From Zygnema circumcarinatum SAG 698-1b (lineage: Eukaryota; Plantae; Zygnematophyceae): a DNA stretch of 64,000 bases. How positions within the stretch are numbered: position 1 is the first letter of the stretch; every line of letters begins with the position of its first letter. Below the pieces are notes generated by a model. That model made no database searches. It saw only the letters and a list, made by a program, of their open reading frames with translations, and was not told the origin of the DNA. The translations under genes were made by a program, and so were the position numbers. The DNA is taken from the NCBI GenBank assembly GCA_037447605.1, contig CM074821.1:1860001-1924000 (forward strand), written 5' to 3'. Of the stretch, positions 62,727 to 64,000 are shown one piece after another.

Positions 62727-63723
62727 GCACCTGCGGAGAGCACCTGGCCCAGGGAGCCGCGGGAGCAGAGCTCATAGACAAGCAGCGCCTCCCCCTTCTC
62801 GTGGCAGAAGCCCACAAGGCGCAGCAGGTTGCGGTGCTGCAGGCGGTCCAGCACCAGCAGCTCGTTCTGCACAGGAGGCGCTTTGCGCGCCCCAGCGGCC
62901 CCGCTGCGCGTCAGGAGGGAGGGAGAGAGCATGGCATGCGCAGGCTTTCAGGGGCGACACAACCACTTTTCGGGCTACAAATGAAGGTATGTTTGAATGG
63001 TAGTTGACTGCACTGTGCGGGAGTCGCTGACTGAACTGTTCGCTAATATCGCGGTGAGGAAACTCGAATAAAGCGAATGAGTCTGCCAAACAAGCCGTGC
63101 CAACTATGGAACAGAGAGCATAGAATGCGGTACAGAATATATGCGGCAGCCTGTAGAGCTCTGGAAAGGCCCAAGGTTCTGAATCCAGGCCCTACCACAT
63201 AGCTCTTGTACGCCGCAAAAACGCGCGCAAAAAGGCGCTTGACCGCCACGTCTAAAACGATGACCTGCATGTCCGTCTGCTCTGCGCCATTCCGCCCCTC
63301 CAGAGAACCTCCGTCCCGGGAAGGAGGCTTGGGCCTCAGTGCCAGCTGTCCCTGGTACACGCGTCCAAACGTTCCCTCTCCCAGAAAGCGCTCTGCGCTG
63401 AAGTTGTGAGTGACACGCGCCAGGTCCCTCAGACTGATCCTGCGAGGCCCCGGCAGGCGGGGGCCCTCTCTCTCGTCCCCTGCCTCCCTCGCCTCTCCCT
63501 CCGAGGAGGCCTCTTTTGCAACGCCATGGAGTGGGGAGGAGAGGCCCTCCCCGAGCTCTGCAGAGCGACGTGCAGACTCACTCGATTCCTTCAGATGCTG
63601 CGCTTCCCAGTCGCTTCCTTCCGCTGATTCTTCGGAAATGGCGGAGAGGGAGCGCTGGAGGGTGTCCTTGGCGGCGGAGGAGGGGGAGGGCTCGGCGGCG
63701 GGAGCAGAGACAGCGCATCCCAT
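61057..63723 (-). CDS. Receptor-like cytoplasmic kinase (RLCK-VII/PBL-like), N-terminal MGC acylation motif
   Basis: Exons 63723-63196, 62866-62731, 62166-62030, 61914-61791 and 61352-61057: [93 protein letters not shown] and RPTF. Confidence 0.92.
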
Positions 63724-64000
63724 GAGCTGCGCCGCCTCTGAAACCCTTAACCCTAATCTCTCGCAGTTCCAGCTCTACAGTCTCCTCGCCGCCATCACTG
63801 TGCCTGCAAACCCTCAGCCCCTCCTGGCCATGGTCATGGCGCCAACCCTAAAAACCTACCGGACACCTAACCCTAAAACGTCTACATGACCCATCGCAGT
63901 ACCGTACTAAACTGAAACTAAACTAAACTGTACAGTGCAGTAACTGTAACAGAAACTCCGGACCCATAAATGGAAGAAAACCCTACGATACATCGTACGG

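Noticed and set aside
63740-63880. AACCCTAA telomere-like motifs (also ~430, 4610, 62416-62470)
   Set aside because: Isolated telo-box-like or composition-driven motifs, not a telomeric array.

Overview
Eukaryotic, intron-rich nuclear DNA. The gene families are plant-like and the introns are CT/GA-rich, so a streptophyte, probably an alga, is my inference. The assembly is gappy (10-N gaps, several gap-flanking duplications). Host genes: the 3' part of the 2-oxoglutarate dehydrogenase E2 gene (DLST, +); a plant-type fucosyltransferase-like membrane protein (-); a two-domain triuret hydrolase (TrtA)-like cysteine hydrolase (+) whose first domain has lost all three catalytic residues; TMEM214/DUF2359 (-); MSH3 (+); and an RLCK-VII-like kinase (-). 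About 11-32 kb is an AT-rich mobile block centred on a Helentron (Helitron group 2). It has a frameshifted ~1,945-aa Rep(HUH-Y2)/PIF1 helicase/APE-like endonuclease ORF, followed 44 nt later by a 10-exon RPA70-like ssDNA-binding gene, plus a convergent intronless F-box/LRR gene and a coiled-coil pseudogene. It also holds a highly structured solo LTR with tRNA-like Pol III boxes, twin large hairpins, microsatellites and a ~205-bp repeat found at both ends. Tail-to-tail 3' ends of an RLE-type non-LTR retrotransposon form a long hairpin just upstream of MSH3. All family assignments come from motif recognition only; no database searches were run.
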